Positions 19,410-29,232 of a DNA stretch of 64,000 nucleotides are shown here, in pieces. The DNA is from Rhizomicrobium sp. (GTDB lineage: Bacteria; Pseudomonadota; Alphaproteobacteria; Micropepsales; Micropepsaceae), in the NCBI GenBank assembly GCA_035504555.1, contig DATJRP010000067.1:53551-117550 (forward strand), in the 5' to 3' direction. The notes beneath the pieces are model-generated. The model had not been told where the DNA came from. It saw nothing but the letters and a program-made list of their open reading frames with translations, and did not search any database. The translations under genes and the position numbers were made by a program. Position 1 is the stretch's first letter; each line of letters starts with the position of its first letter.

Positions 19410-21803
19410 TCACTTGTCCAACCCGACCTTCAGCACCAACCCGACGGTGCGCGGCAGGGACAATTCCACCGGTACAGAGGGATACGGATTGGCCTGAAGG
19501 ATCATATAGGGGTTCAGGTATTGGCTTTGATACGGGTTCGCCGACACTTCGCCCCGAACATCGAAGACATTCTTCAGATAGAGATCCACTTCCATGTTGC
19601 GCGGGAGGAAGAAGGCCAGATTGGCGTTGACCGTGTTGTATGACGCGAGCTTGTAGTTCGGCGCACCCTGAAAGAGTGCCTGACCCGTCTGATTGACGTT
19701 GAAGGCCGAGTTGCGGGAGCCGACAAAGACGTCGCTGACATTTGCCGCACCGGCATATCCGCCGCCGAGATCGAACGAATAGGTGCCGTTCAGCGCGAAG
19801 CTCCACCGCGGCGACAGCGGCAGGCGCTGATCGCTGCTGTAAACGCCCAGGTAATCCTGTTCGGCGGCAGTGTTGCTCGTCAGGAATGCGTTCGTATACG
19901 AGGCGGAGCCGCCCACGAGGAGAGGTTCGAGCACGCGATAGGAGAACGAGCTTTCTGCGCCCTCAACTCTGGCATTGCCGGCATTGATGAGCTGATTGAT
20001 GCCGCCGATATTCGCCGTCGTCTGGATGCCCTGCCATTCGATGTCATAAACATCGAAGTTCAGAAGCGCCTTGCCATCGAGCAGCGTCGACTTCTCGCCA
20101 AGCTCGTAATTCCATAGAGAGGAAGACTGGAACACCGGAGGGGCCTGCGGACCGGACGGAAGCACGAAATTCGGACCGCCGGGTTCGTAGCCGCTCGACA
20201 CCTTGGCGTAGACCATGGTGTCTTCGGTGACGTGATAGCGCGGATTGATAAGATAGGTCGCCGCGCCCTGATTGGTCTTGTAAGCGCAACCCGAAGTACA
20301 TGTATACGGGAAATGGTCGACCAAGGCGGGCGTGGCCGGGAAAAGGAACGTCTGGAGGTAAGACTGGAAATTCTGATGTTGAACGCTGTACCGCGCGCCC
20401 AGGGCAATGTCGAAATTGTCGGTGACGTAATAGGTCGCATCGGCAAATGCCGCGAGTTCCTTATACGAGCTGGGTAATGCTCCGAAGAACGGCAACGCTT
20501 GCTGGCCCGGCACGTTCGTGGTCGGAAACTCGTAGCCGGGAAGCTGGCCGTTGGCCGTTTCCGGATCGACCAGTTCGATCAATTCGTCCGTGATTTCCCG
20601 CGTGTAAAAGCCGCCCAGGGTCCATTCGAAGTTCTTGTTGTCGGGCGATGACCACCGGAGTTCTTGCGTGAATTTCCTCGTGTGGAGTGACGTCGGGAGG
20701 GTCAGCGGAATTGTGGGCGAGGCCTCCGGGATTCCGGTGTATGAATTGACGCCGTAGAGCAGCAAAATGAAGTTATAGACGGGACTTACATCGAGATCCG
20801 TCCGCGTCTCATTGGACTGATAGCTCGTCACCGACGTCAGCTTCGACCAGTGCAGATCCCAGTCCGCGACGGCCGAGTAGACCTCGAGATCTTTCTCCGA
20901 GGGTTGCAGAACCTGATAGGACTGATCGTAGGGCCCTTCGACCGGCTCGTGCGTCGTGAAGTTTTCCAAAACCGCGTCATAACCGTTTGCGTAGTCATGT
21001 TGCGTCATGGCCGTCAGCCGGAGGTCGAGATCCGGCGTGATCTGGGCAAAGAGCGAAGCCCGGCCCGCATAGGTCCTGGCCGCGCCGACATTCGTCCGAT
21101 CATTGTCGGGGTCATGCGCATAACCCGAGTCGTATTGCTGAATGCCGTCGACGCGGAGCGCGACGTTGTCGCCAAGCGGTATGTTGGCCATCAGCCGGAG
21201 CCCGTCATTGAGCCCGCCATGCTCTGTGTCGGAACCTTCGGCTTCGGCGCGCGCGTCGTAAGTTCCCAGCTCGGGTTTCGCGGTGATGTATTTGATCGCG
21301 CCGCCCATCGAGTTGGCGCCGTAGAGCGTGCCCTGCGGCCCGTCGAGTACTTCGACCCGGTCCATGTCGAATAGGCTGAAGTTCGCTGCATAGGAGCCGA
21401 TACCGAATTGCGTGCTCGAACCGATCGGCACGTCATCCAGGTAGACGCCGACCGTATTGCCTTTCTCTACGGAGCCCGAGGTGACGCCGCGCAAGACAAT
21501 CTGATCGGTGGTCGGGCCGGCGGAAAAATAGCTGAGGCTCGGCACCTGATTTGCGAAATCGGTAAAGCTGTTGGCGTGCATCTGCTCGAGATCGGCGGCG
21601 GTCAATGCCGTCAGGCCGCCGGCGACGTTCTGGGTGGTTTCCGAACGCCGCGACGCGGTGACGACGACGGTTTCCACCCCGGAATCGGCAGACGGTCCAT
21701 TCGTTGCGGGGCTCGGAGCTTGTTGCGCCCAAGCGCTGCTGGCCCAAGTCAGCGCGACAGCTGCCGCACCGGAGCACAGCACGGACTTCTTCGACAGTAT
21801 CAT
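19410..21803 (-). CDS. TonB-dependent outer-membrane receptor
   Basis: The ATG at 21803 gives the signal peptide 'MILSKKSVLCSGAAAVALTWASSAWAQQ'. Followed by a plug domain ('VETVVVTASRRSETTQNV') and a long beta-barrel rich in alternating aromatic/Gly motifs. 797 aa. Confidence 0.9.
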   Translation of the reverse strand: MILSKKSVLCSGAAAVALTWASSAWAQQAPSPATNGPSADSGVETVVVTASRRSETTQNVAGGLTALTAADLEQMHANSFTDFANQVPSLSYFSAGPTTDQIVLRGVTSGSVEKGNTVGVYLDDVPIGSSTQFGIGSYAANFSLFDMDRVEVLDGPQGTLYGANSMGGAIKYITAKPELGTYDARAEAEGSDTEHGGLNDGLRLMANIPLGDNVALRVDGIQQYDSGYAHDPDNDRTNVGAARTYAGRASLFAQITPDLDLRLTAMTQHDYANGYDAVLENFTTHEPVEGPYDQSYQVLQPSEKDLEVYSAVADWDLHWSKLTSVTSYQSNETRTDLDVSPVYNFILLLYGVNSYTGIPEASPTIPLTLPTSLHTRKFTQELRWSSPDNKNFEWTLGGFYTREITDELIELVDPETANGQLPGYEFPTTNVPGQQALPFFGALPSSYKELAAFADATYYVTDNFDIALGARYSVQHQNFQSYLQTFLFPATPALVDHFPYTCTSGCAYKTNQGAATYLINPRYHVTEDTMVYAKVSSGYEPGGPNFVLPSGPQAPPVFQSSSLWNYELGEKSTLLDGKALLNFDVYDIEWQGIQTTANIGGINQLINAGNARVEGAESSFSYRVLEPLLVGGSASYTNAFLTSNTAAEQDYLGVYSSDQRLPLSPRWSFALNGTYSFDLGGGYAGAANVSDVFVGSRNSAFNVNQTGQALFQGAPNYKLASYNTVNANLAFFLPRNMEVDLYLKNVFDVRGEVSANPYQSQYLNPYMILQANPYPSVPVELSLPRTVGLVLKVGLDK

Positions 21804-21944
21804 TGCGTGTTTCCCCCTGGTGATGGGCGCTCCGCGGAAATTGCTCGCGCCTGGTTTCCTCACGCGCAGAGTTTTCGCCCCCCGCTGCGCCGCTTTCGCG
21901 TTGATTTGGACGCTAACGGCTGGTCCCGAGCGCGGCAAGAATAA

Positions 21945-21983
21945 TTCAGCACTGGATGAAACTAAATTTCTGTCAGTGTTGAA
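21945..21983. promoter_or_regulatory. inverted repeat TTCAGCACTG-N19-CAGTGTTGAA, candidate operator
   Basis: 10-bp arms with one mismatch, in the AT-richer part of the TBDR / TetR divergent region. Confidence 0.3.
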
Positions 21984-22084
21984 TTCCCCGACTGCTTGTG
22001 GCCGAAAAGCCACGTAAGCTCCCGGGATTGCGGGGAAAGATGCCAGCGCTCACAATCGGCGTGGGAAACAATCGAGGCCCGATC

Positions 22085-22828
22085 ATGGAGCGAGCGCCGG
22101 CCAAGCGACGTGGCAATCTCGCGCGCGCAAAGTCACCACGGTCTAAAACCACGCCCCGGCGCAATCGAGGCCGTCCGAACAAGGACGGCGCCAAGGAAAT
22201 GCGCGAGCACATTCTGGATGCCGCGGAAGAACTCTTCGCCGAACACGGCTTCGACGGCGTGACCGTCCGCCAGGTGACCCGCAAGGCCGACGTCGATGTG
22301 GCGCTGGCGCATTATTACTTCGGCACGAAGAAAGGTCTCTTCGATGCCGTCTTCCTGCGCCGCGCCGCGATCCTCAACGAAGCGCGCCTCAAGGCCATCG
22401 ACGAGTATCAGATTCATCCCGGACCGGGCGGCGCGACGATCGAGGGATTCGTCCAGGCGTTCCTTGATCCCGTCATCGATCGCTGGGCCGAGGGCGGTCC
22501 GGGCTGGAAAAACTATCTGGCAATCGTGGCGCAGGTGAACAACACCCCAAAATGGGGCGGCGAGACGATGGGCCGCTATTTCGATCCCGTGATTCGTCGC
22601 CTGATCGACGCATTGCGCGGCATCATGCCGGAGGCGCATGACATCGATCTCTATTGGAGCTACCAGTTTTTCTCGGGCGCGCTGACGCTGACCTTTGCGG
22701 AAACCGGCCGCATCGACCGTCTGTCGTCGGGGCTGTGCCATTCGTCCGATTACGAGGCCGTGAAAAACCGGCTGGCGCCGTTTGCGGCCGCCGGCTTTCA
22801 AAAAGTCTGTCTTCAAAAGCGGCATTGA
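22085..22828 (+). CDS. TetR/AcrR family transcriptional regulator
   Basis: HTH 'ILDAAEELFAEHGFDGVTVRQVTRKADVDVALAHYYFGTKKGLF' preceded by a basic N-terminal tail. The start is uncertain (GTG 21998, ATG 22040 or ATG 22085). Confidence 0.85.
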   Translation: MERAPAKRRGNLARAKSPRSKTTPRRNRGRPNKDGAKEMREHILDAAEELFAEHGFDGVTVRQVTRKADVDVALAHYYFGTKKGLFDAVFLRRAAILNEARLKAIDEYQIHPGPGGATIEGFVQAFLDPVIDRWAEGGPGWKNYLAIVAQVNNTPKWGGETMGRYFDPVIRRLIDALRGIMPEAHDIDLYWSYQFFSGALTLTFAETGRIDRLSSGLCHSSDYEAVKNRLAPFAAAGFQKVCLQKRH

Positions 22829-22998
22829 CGGATGCGGCACAATTCGCGTACAGAGCCCGCCATGTTCATGAGCCTCGCCATCGCCAGCCGACGCCGTAGC
22901 CTCCTTCCCGGGGCCGGACGAACGCGCGCGTAGCTCTCAAGCAACCACGCGACATCCGAAAACGTAACGCCCCGTCGAGAAATCGGCGGGGTTTTGTC

Positions 22999-23769
22999 AT
23001 GGGGAAACGCATGAACGCCTATCACGACGCCGTCCGGCGGATCGAAGAGCACCTGATGAATTCCTGGCCCTCCCTGCGCACGGTCATGTTCGACGGCTGG
23101 GTTTTTCGCGAGGCGATGGGCTACACAAAGCGCGCCAATTCGGCGATGGCGCTCCATGCGCGTGGACGTTTCGCGGCCACGCTGGACGAAGCGGAGCGCT
23201 TCTACACGGCGGCCGGTGGCCCCACCATTTTCCGGCTGACGCCGCTCGCGGGCGCCGAGCCCGACGGCATTCTCGCCGACCGCGGCTATGGCGTCGTCGA
23301 CGAAACGATCGTGATGACGACGGCGCTCGCCGACATTGCGCCCTCCGACGGTGCCGTCACGATCGCGCAGGATGTCACGGAGATCTGGGAACGCGGCTAC
23401 GCCGACGCGCACGCGCTAACGTCCGATGCGCGCCGCGCGCATCGTGCCATCCTCGAGCGCATTGCGCCGTTCTCGAAGGGCTTCGCCGTCACATGGGAAG
23501 AGGGACGTCCCGTGGCCTTCGGTCTGGGCGTCATCGAGCGCGGCCATCTGGGCCTCTTCGACATCGTCACGGCGCCGGACGCGCGACGGAAAGGCGCCGC
23601 GCGCAGGCTCGTCGGTGCACTGATGCGCTGGGGCGCGGAAAAGGACGCGACGACCGCCTGGCTCGGCGTCATCGCCGACAACGAACGCGCCAAACCGCTC
23701 TACGCGCAGCTCGGCTTCCGCGAAATCTATCGCTACCACTATCGCGTGTCGGCTCAGCAGGCAGCGTGA
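22999..23769 (+). CDS. GNAT family N-acetyltransferase
   Basis: 256 aa. The C-terminal half 'RRKGAARRLVGALMRWGAEKDATTAWLGVIADNERAKPLYAQLGF' is a typical GNAT acetyl-CoA binding core. Confidence 0.75.
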   Translation: MGKRMNAYHDAVRRIEEHLMNSWPSLRTVMFDGWVFREAMGYTKRANSAMALHARGRFAATLDEAERFYTAAGGPTIFRLTPLAGAEPDGILADRGYGVVDETIVMTTALADIAPSDGAVTIAQDVTEIWERGYADAHALTSDARRAHRAILERIAPFSKGFAVTWEEGRPVAFGLGVIERGHLGLFDIVTAPDARRKGAARRLVGALMRWGAEKDATTAWLGVIADNERAKPLYAQLGFREIYRYHYRVSAQQAA

Positions 23770-24551
23770 AGCGGCTCGAGGCGCGTCAGCGTCGCGCGCA
23801 AGGCATAATCGGGATAGATGAGCGACATCGAGCCGCTGACGCCGTTCGCATAGAGATGCGTGGCCACCTCGTAGTCCGGGGACTCCTTGCGCGCCGATAG
23901 CGGGAAATAGCTGAGCAGCACCGACCAGGCGGGCGAGCCTTTGAGCAGTCCGTTCTTGTCCGCCTGAAGATCGGGCGCAAGCGCTGCGCCAGTCGCCTGT
24001 TTGCCGATAACCGCCGTCGAGAAGTTCAAATCCGTGGGATCGCCGCCCTGGAACACGAGATGCTTCGCTGACAGACCGCCGCTTTGCGCAAGGCGCAGGA
24101 TGTCGATGATCTGCGCCGTCGGAAACTCCGTGCCTTTCGGCAGCGAAAACCTCGCAGGCTTGCCGGCGGCCAGCTCAACGGTGCCTGATCCGTCCGGCGC
24201 CAGAGACGCCGAGCCGCGCTGGCGGCTCTCGGTCCTTCCATCATGCGCGTTGTTGATGTCGAAGCGCATGATGCGGCCATCTTTGCTTTCCCACGCGGTG
24301 ACAAAAAAATCCGTGCGGCCGGCCGCGCCTTCGGAATCCGTCATGTCGGCGATCAGGCGTTGCGTTGTTGACCAACCGTCGCAGGTGTCGTGGAATTCGA
24401 CGGCCATGCGCCCGCGCGCGGCGAGCACGCTTCCCGTAGTGTGCTCGAGCGACACGTCATAGACGGCGCGATAAGATACGAGGTTCGGCGGAGGGGCTGC
24501 CGCCGTTCCGAACACCGCAACCGCTGCTGCGAGCGCAAGCGCGCGCGTCAT
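23754..24551 (-). CDS. EipB-like cell-envelope integrity protein (DUF1849)
   Basis: The ATG at 24551 overlaps the aguB stop (ATGA). Has a signal peptide 'MTRALALAAAVAVFGTAAA' and 'LVSYRAVYDVSL...GRMAVEFHDTCDGW', typical of DUF1849. Confidence 0.7.
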   Translation of the reverse strand: MTRALALAAAVAVFGTAAAPPPNLVSYRAVYDVSLEHTTGSVLAARGRMAVEFHDTCDGWSTTQRLIADMTDSEGAAGRTDFFVTAWESKDGRIMRFDINNAHDGRTESRQRGSASLAPDGSGTVELAAGKPARFSLPKGTEFPTAQIIDILRLAQSGGLSAKHLVFQGGDPTDLNFSTAVIGKQATGAALAPDLQADKNGLLKGSPAWSVLLSYFPLSARKESPDYEVATHLYANGVSGSMSLIYPDYALRATLTRLEPLHAAC

Positions 24552-25423
24552 GCGATCTTCCCGTCGTGGCTTTTCAGAATGTCGTAAAGCTCGGGCCTGC
24601 GATCCCGATAAAGCCCCCACGACGCCCGCGCCACCGCGATGGCTTCGAGATCGAAACTCGCCGCGCAGAAGCCTTCGTCCGTTCGTCCAAGCTCGGCTGC
24701 GATACCGCCGGTGGGCCCGGCGATGAAAGACGAGCCGTAGAACGTCATCTCGCCCGTCCGGCCTTTTTCCATGCCGATACGGTTTGACGCCACCAGCGGC
24801 ACGTAATTTGCTGCCGCATGGCCCTGCATGACGCGGCGCCAGTGATCACGGCTGTCGACGGGCGGCGCCGGCGGCGGCTCGCTCCCGATCGCGGTCGGAT
24901 AGAAGAGCGCTTCGGCGCCCAGGAGCGCCATAGCGCGCGCCGCCTCTGGAAACCACTGGTCCCAGCAGATGCCGGCCCCCATGACGCCGAATTTCGTGGA
25001 CCAGACTTTGAAGCCCGTGTCGCCCGGCGTGAAATAGAACTTCTCCTGATAGCCGGGCCCGTCGGGGATATGGGATTTGCGGTAAAGACCCAGCACGCGG
25101 CCGTCGGTGTCGACCATCGCCAGCGAATTGAAATAGGCGCGGCCCGCGCGCTCGAAGAAGCTCACTGGCAGGACGACGCCGAGCTCGCCGGCGAGTTGCG
25201 CCATCTCTGCGATCAATGGATTGCCTTCGAAAGGCTTGGCCAGCGCGAAATGCTCCGCCGACTGGTCCTGACAGAAATACGGAGTCTCGAAGAGCTCCTG
25301 CACCAGCACGACATTGGCGCCCGAATCCGCCGCCATGCGCACGAGGTCTTTCGCCTTGGCGACGTTGCGCTTCGTATCCCAGGTACAGGCGAACTGCGTG
25401 GCCGCGAGCGTGATCGGTCTCAT
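24548..25423 (-). CDS. aguB: N-carbamoylputrescine amidase (CN-hydrolase)
   Basis: 291 aa from the ATG at 25423, which overlaps the aguA stop. Nitrilase-superfamily Glu-Lys-Cys pattern including 'GAGICWDQWFPE'. Confidence 0.9.
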   Translation of the reverse strand: MRPITLAATQFACTWDTKRNVAKAKDLVRMAADSGANVVLVQELFETPYFCQDQSAEHFALAKPFEGNPLIAEMAQLAGELGVVLPVSFFERAGRAYFNSLAMVDTDGRVLGLYRKSHIPDGPGYQEKFYFTPGDTGFKVWSTKFGVMGAGICWDQWFPEAARAMALLGAEALFYPTAIGSEPPPAPPVDSRDHWRRVMQGHAAANYVPLVASNRIGMEKGRTGEMTFYGSSFIAGPTGGIAAELGRTDEGFCAASFDLEAIAVARASWGLYRDRRPELYDILKSHDGKIA

Positions 25424-26466
25424 GCGGGCTCCTGCTGGGTGATGCAGTGGATGCCGCCGCCGCCTTCCACGATGTCGAGCGCATCGATCTGGAGGATGTC
25501 GCGGCCGGGAAAACACTCGGCCAGCGCATCGCGCGCGCGCTCGTCGTGGGGATCATCGAACGCCGGCATCACGAGGCCGCCATTGGTGAGATAGAAATTG
25601 ACGTAGCTCGCCTGCAGCGGCCGTCCGCGGAAATCGAACTTCACCTTCTTGGGCTGTGCGATCTCGACGATCTCAAAGCGCCGCCCTTCGGCGTCGCGCG
25701 CTTCGCTCAGCCGGCGGATCGCCTCGAGCACAGGCTCGTAGTCGGGATGGCTCTTCGAAGACGGCACGCCCACGATCACGCGGCCGGGCGCGGCGAAACA
25801 GGCGATATTGTCCACATGACCGTCCGTCTCCTCGTCGGAAAAGCCTTCGCCAAGCCAGAGAACGCGCCGGGCGCCGGTGAAGAGCGCCAGCCGCTCTTCC
25901 ACCTGCTGCCGATCCAGATGGGGATTGCGGTTGGTGTTGAGAAGGCATTGTTCGGTGGTGACCAGCGTCCCTTCGCCGTCAACGTGGATGGCGCCGCCCT
26001 CGCAGACGAGCGGGCCGCGGTAGACGCGCACACCGGCCTCGGCGAGGATTTTGCCGCCCAGCGCCGCATCATCCGTATACGGATGGTATTTGTTGCCCCA
26101 GGCGTTGAAATGCCAGGCGACGCCGGCGCGCCGGCCGTCGGATCCCACCAGAAAGCTCGGTCCCGTGTCGCGCGCCCAGGAATCGTCGAGCGCCGCTTCG
26201 AAGATCGCGACCTTGCCCGCGCAGGCGAGCCGCGCCTCGGCGGAATCCTGCGGACGGACGACCATCGTCACCGGCTCGAAGGAAGAAACCGCACGCGCCA
26301 CGCGGGCATAGGCCTGTTTCGCGCGCAGCAGCCCCTCCGGCCCGCCCCACGCTTCCGTGCGGCACGGCCAGCACATCCAGGTGCGCATATGCGGCGTCCA
26401 TTCGGCAGGCATGACATAGCCGTCACGCGCCGGACACGGGTCGTCTGCATCGAGCCGTTTGGCCAT
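25420..26466 (-). CDS. aguA: agmatine deiminase
   Basis: 348 aa with 'MPAEWTPH', 'DSWARDTGP' and the C-terminal catalytic-Cys motif 'GGGIHCITQQEP'. Confidence 0.9.
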   Translation of the reverse strand: MAKRLDADDPCPARDGYVMPAEWTPHMRTWMCWPCRTEAWGGPEGLLRAKQAYARVARAVSSFEPVTMVVRPQDSAEARLACAGKVAIFEAALDDSWARDTGPSFLVGSDGRRAGVAWHFNAWGNKYHPYTDDAALGGKILAEAGVRVYRGPLVCEGGAIHVDGEGTLVTTEQCLLNTNRNPHLDRQQVEERLALFTGARRVLWLGEGFSDEETDGHVDNIACFAAPGRVIVGVPSSKSHPDYEPVLEAIRRLSEARDAEGRRFEIVEIAQPKKVKFDFRGRPLQASYVNFYLTNGGLVMPAFDDPHDERARDALAECFPGRDILQIDALDIVEGGGGIHCITQQEPA

Positions 26467-26557
26467 AACTCTCTATAGCGGGTTGCACCGCGGCGCGGGA
26501 ACCCCTCGCCTCGCCCGGCCCCACAGATTACGCTTCCTGTCCAACAAGGAGTTTCGG

Positions 26558-27025
26558 ATGAGCGGAAAAGTCGAGTCGCGATTGAAGGACCTGGGTATTC
26601 AGCTGCCGACGCCGCCCGCGCCGGTGGCGAGCTATGTGCCGTATGTCGTGAGCGGCAATCTGGTTTTCATTTCCGGCCAGGTGACGGTCGCGGCCGACGG
26701 CCTGAAATATGTCGGCATCGTCGGCAAGGAGATTTCCGTCGAGGAAGGCAAGGCCGCGGCGCGGCTCTGCGCCATCAATCTCCTCGCACAGGTGAAAGCG
26801 GCGGCAGGCGGGGATCTCGACCGTATCAAGCGCTGCGTGAAGCTCACAGTCTTCGTCAATGCCGTACCGGGCTTTGCTCAGCATCCCGAAGTCGCCAACG
26901 GCGCCTCCGACCTGTTCGTGGAAGTCTTCGGCGACGCCGGCAAGCACGCCCGCGCCGCAGTCGGCGCAGGCTCGCTTCCCCGTAATGTGGCGACCGAAGT
27001 GGAGGCAGTGTTCGAGCTCGCGTGA
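26558..27025 (+). CDS. RidA/YjgF family protein
   Basis: 155 aa from the ATG at 26558. 'YVPYVVSGNLVFISGQV' and the C-terminal 'RAAVGAGSLPRNVATEVEAVFEL' are YjgF-fold signatures. Confidence 0.85.
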   Translation: MSGKVESRLKDLGIQLPTPPAPVASYVPYVVSGNLVFISGQVTVAADGLKYVGIVGKEISVEEGKAAARLCAINLLAQVKAAAGGDLDRIKRCVKLTVFVNAVPGFAQHPEVANGASDLFVEVFGDAGKHARAAVGAGSLPRNVATEVEAVFELA

Positions 27026-28191
27026 CATCGGACCATCTGACAGTGCGCCTGGCCGGACCGGCGGCCTCGATCGGGGCCGCGGCGTGGAACGCCTGCGCCA
27101 ATCCGCAAGGCGAGCGGAGCCCGCATCCGTTTACGCGCTACGAATTCTTCGCGGCCGTCGAGGAGTCCGGTTCGGCGGCAGCGCGCACGGGCTGGCGGCC
27201 CTGCCATCTTGTGGTCGAAGACGATGCCCGCATCGTGGGGCTCTTGCCGCTTTATCTGAAGAACCACAGCCAGGGCGAATATGTTTTCGACCAGGGCTGG
27301 GCGGAGGCCTTCGAACGTGCCGGCGGCGACTACTATCCGAAGCTGCAGGCGTCGGTGCCGTTCACGCCCGTCACGGGGCGACGGCTTCTCGTCGCTGCGG
27401 ACGCCGATAAAGACAGTGTACGGACGATGCTGCTGGCGGGCGGCGGCGCCGCGGTCAAAGAGCTTCGCGCATCCTCGCTTCACATCACCTTTCTCACCGA
27501 AGAAGAATGGAACGCGGCGGGAAGCGTCGGCTATCTCCAGCGCACCGACCAGCAATTCCATTGGGAGAATCGCGGCTACGGAAGCTTTGACGAATTCCTG
27601 GCCGAGCTTTCGTCTTCGAAGCGCAAGAATCTGCGCAAAGAGCGCGCCGCCGTCCGCGACGCCGGCATCGAATTCGACTGGCTGACCGGGTCCAATCTCA
27701 CCGAAGCCGTCTGGGATCAATTCTTCGAATTTTATATGGACACGGGCGGGCGCAAATGGGGCCATCCGTATCTGACGCGCGAATTCTTCAGCCGGATCAG
27801 TGCGAGCATGGCGGACCAGATCCTTCTCGTCGTAGCGCGCAGGGGTCCGCGCGCAATCGCCGGCGCGCTCAATTTCTTCGGACAGGGCGTCTTATTCGGG
27901 CGGAATTGGGGCTCGGTTGAGTACCTGCCCTTCCTGCACTTCGAGACTTGCTACTATCAGGCCATCGACTACGCCATCGCCAACAAATTCCGCAAAGTCG
28001 AGGCCGGTGCCCAGGGGGCGCACAAATTGATGCGCGGCTATCTCCCCGTTCCGACCTACAGCGCGCATTTCATCGCCCACGCAGGATTGAGGCGCGCCGT
28101 CGCCGACTATCTCAATCGTGAACGCGAAGCCGTCACGGAGCAGATCGACGAGCTCACCGAGCTAGGCCCCTTCCGCAAGACGGACGCTTGA
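27022..28191 (+). CDS. DUF482 / FemAB-like GNAT-fold protein
   Basis: 389 aa; the GTG start overlaps the ridA stop (GTGA). 'LPLYLKNHSQGEYVFDQGWAEAFERAGGDYYPKLQ' and 'FETCYYQAIDYAI...FEAGAQGAHKLMRGY' match my memory of this family. Confidence 0.8.
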   Translation: MTSDHLTVRLAGPAASIGAAAWNACANPQGERSPHPFTRYEFFAAVEESGSAAARTGWRPCHLVVEDDARIVGLLPLYLKNHSQGEYVFDQGWAEAFERAGGDYYPKLQASVPFTPVTGRRLLVAADADKDSVRTMLLAGGGAAVKELRASSLHITFLTEEEWNAAGSVGYLQRTDQQFHWENRGYGSFDEFLAELSSSKRKNLRKERAAVRDAGIEFDWLTGSNLTEAVWDQFFEFYMDTGGRKWGHPYLTREFFSRISASMADQILLVVARRGPRAIAGALNFFGQGVLFGRNWGSVEYLPFLHFETCYYQAIDYAIANKFRKVEAGAQGAHKLMRGYLPVPTYSAHFIAHAGLRRAVADYLNREREAVTEQIDELTELGPFRKTDA

Positions 28192-28347
28192 AATTATTGG
28201 GTTGCGAATCAATTTTCTGCAACGACAGCAACCAAATCTTCAACCAAAAGCGCCCTCGTTTGTATGATTCCTGCGTTCAGGTAGCGGTAAGGAAACCGAA
28301 GCTTTTAAGCGGCATTATCGAGAAGAGGTCTATGCGCAGAGGCCATA

Positions 28348-28749
28348 TTGCTGCAGTCGGTTGCATCGCCGGTCGAAGGACCCGCGGTTCTGATTGCCGA
28401 AGACGAGTTGCTCATCCGCTTCGCGCTATCGGACTGCCTCGCCGAACGCGGCCTTCGCGTCTTCGAAGCCTCGAGCGCCACAGAAGCCATCGACGTGCTG
28501 GAGGCCGAGCCCGAAATCGAGCTCGTTTTCACCGACATCCGCATGCCCGGCGTCATGAACGGCATCGACCTCGCGAACTGGGTGCACGCCCATCGTCCCG
28601 GGCTTGCGGTCGTGCTGACATCCGGCGATGCGCGGAAAGCGGAATTGGCCGCGAAGATCAATCCGGAAGAGCCGTTCATCGCGAAGCCCTATGACCTTCA
28701 GTCGGTGGCCGACCAGATTTCCGACATCGCGCACCACAAGCCGAAATAG
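28348..28749 (+). CDS. stand-alone response regulator receiver protein
   Basis: 133 aa from a TTG start (AGAGG upstream). 'VLIAEDE...FTDIRMPG...VVLTSG...KP' are receiver-domain motifs. No output domain, and no kinase gene adjacent. Confidence 0.8.
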   Translation: MLQSVASPVEGPAVLIAEDELLIRFALSDCLAERGLRVFEASSATEAIDVLEAEPEIELVFTDIRMPGVMNGIDLANWVHAHRPGLAVVLTSGDARKAELAAKINPEEPFIAKPYDLQSVADQISDIAHHKPK

Positions 28750-28806
28750 ACCGCCTGTTGCCAGCCCACTGCGGCGCGTGTTGAAATTCATTGCCCCAAG
28801 CAACGG

Positions 28807-29232
28807 ATGGCGATCTTGGCTTACGATCCGAACAACATCTTCGCGCGCATTCTGCGAGGCGAATTGCCGAAAGTCGCCGTCTATGAAGACGCGAAGACGC
28901 TCGCCTTCATGGACATCATGCCGTCCGTCGAAGGCCATACGCTGGTGGTCCCGAAGGAGCCCGCGGAAACCCTTCTCGACCTGTCGCCCGAAGGCGCCGC
29001 GGCGGTGATGGCGACGGCGCAGAAGGTGGCCCGCGCCGTCAAGAAAGCGCTCGACGTGCCGGGGATCATGCTGGTCCAGCTCAACGGCACGGCCGCCGGC
29101 CAGTCCGTGCCGCATATCCATTTTCATGTGCTCCCGCGGCAGCAGGGCCTCGATCTCAAACTGCACGGCCGCACGATGGTCGATCCGAAAACGCTCGAGC
29201 CCATCGCCGCGAAGATCAGGGCCGCGCTCTGA
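28807..29232 (+). CDS. HIT family protein (histidine triad hydrolase)
   Basis: 141 aa with the histidine triad 'HIHFHVLPR'. Confidence 0.9.
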   Translation: MAILAYDPNNIFARILRGELPKVAVYEDAKTLAFMDIMPSVEGHTLVVPKEPAETLLDLSPEGAAAVMATAQKVARAVKKALDVPGIMLVQLNGTAAGQSVPHIHFHVLPRQQGLDLKLHGRTMVDPKTLEPIAAKIRAAL

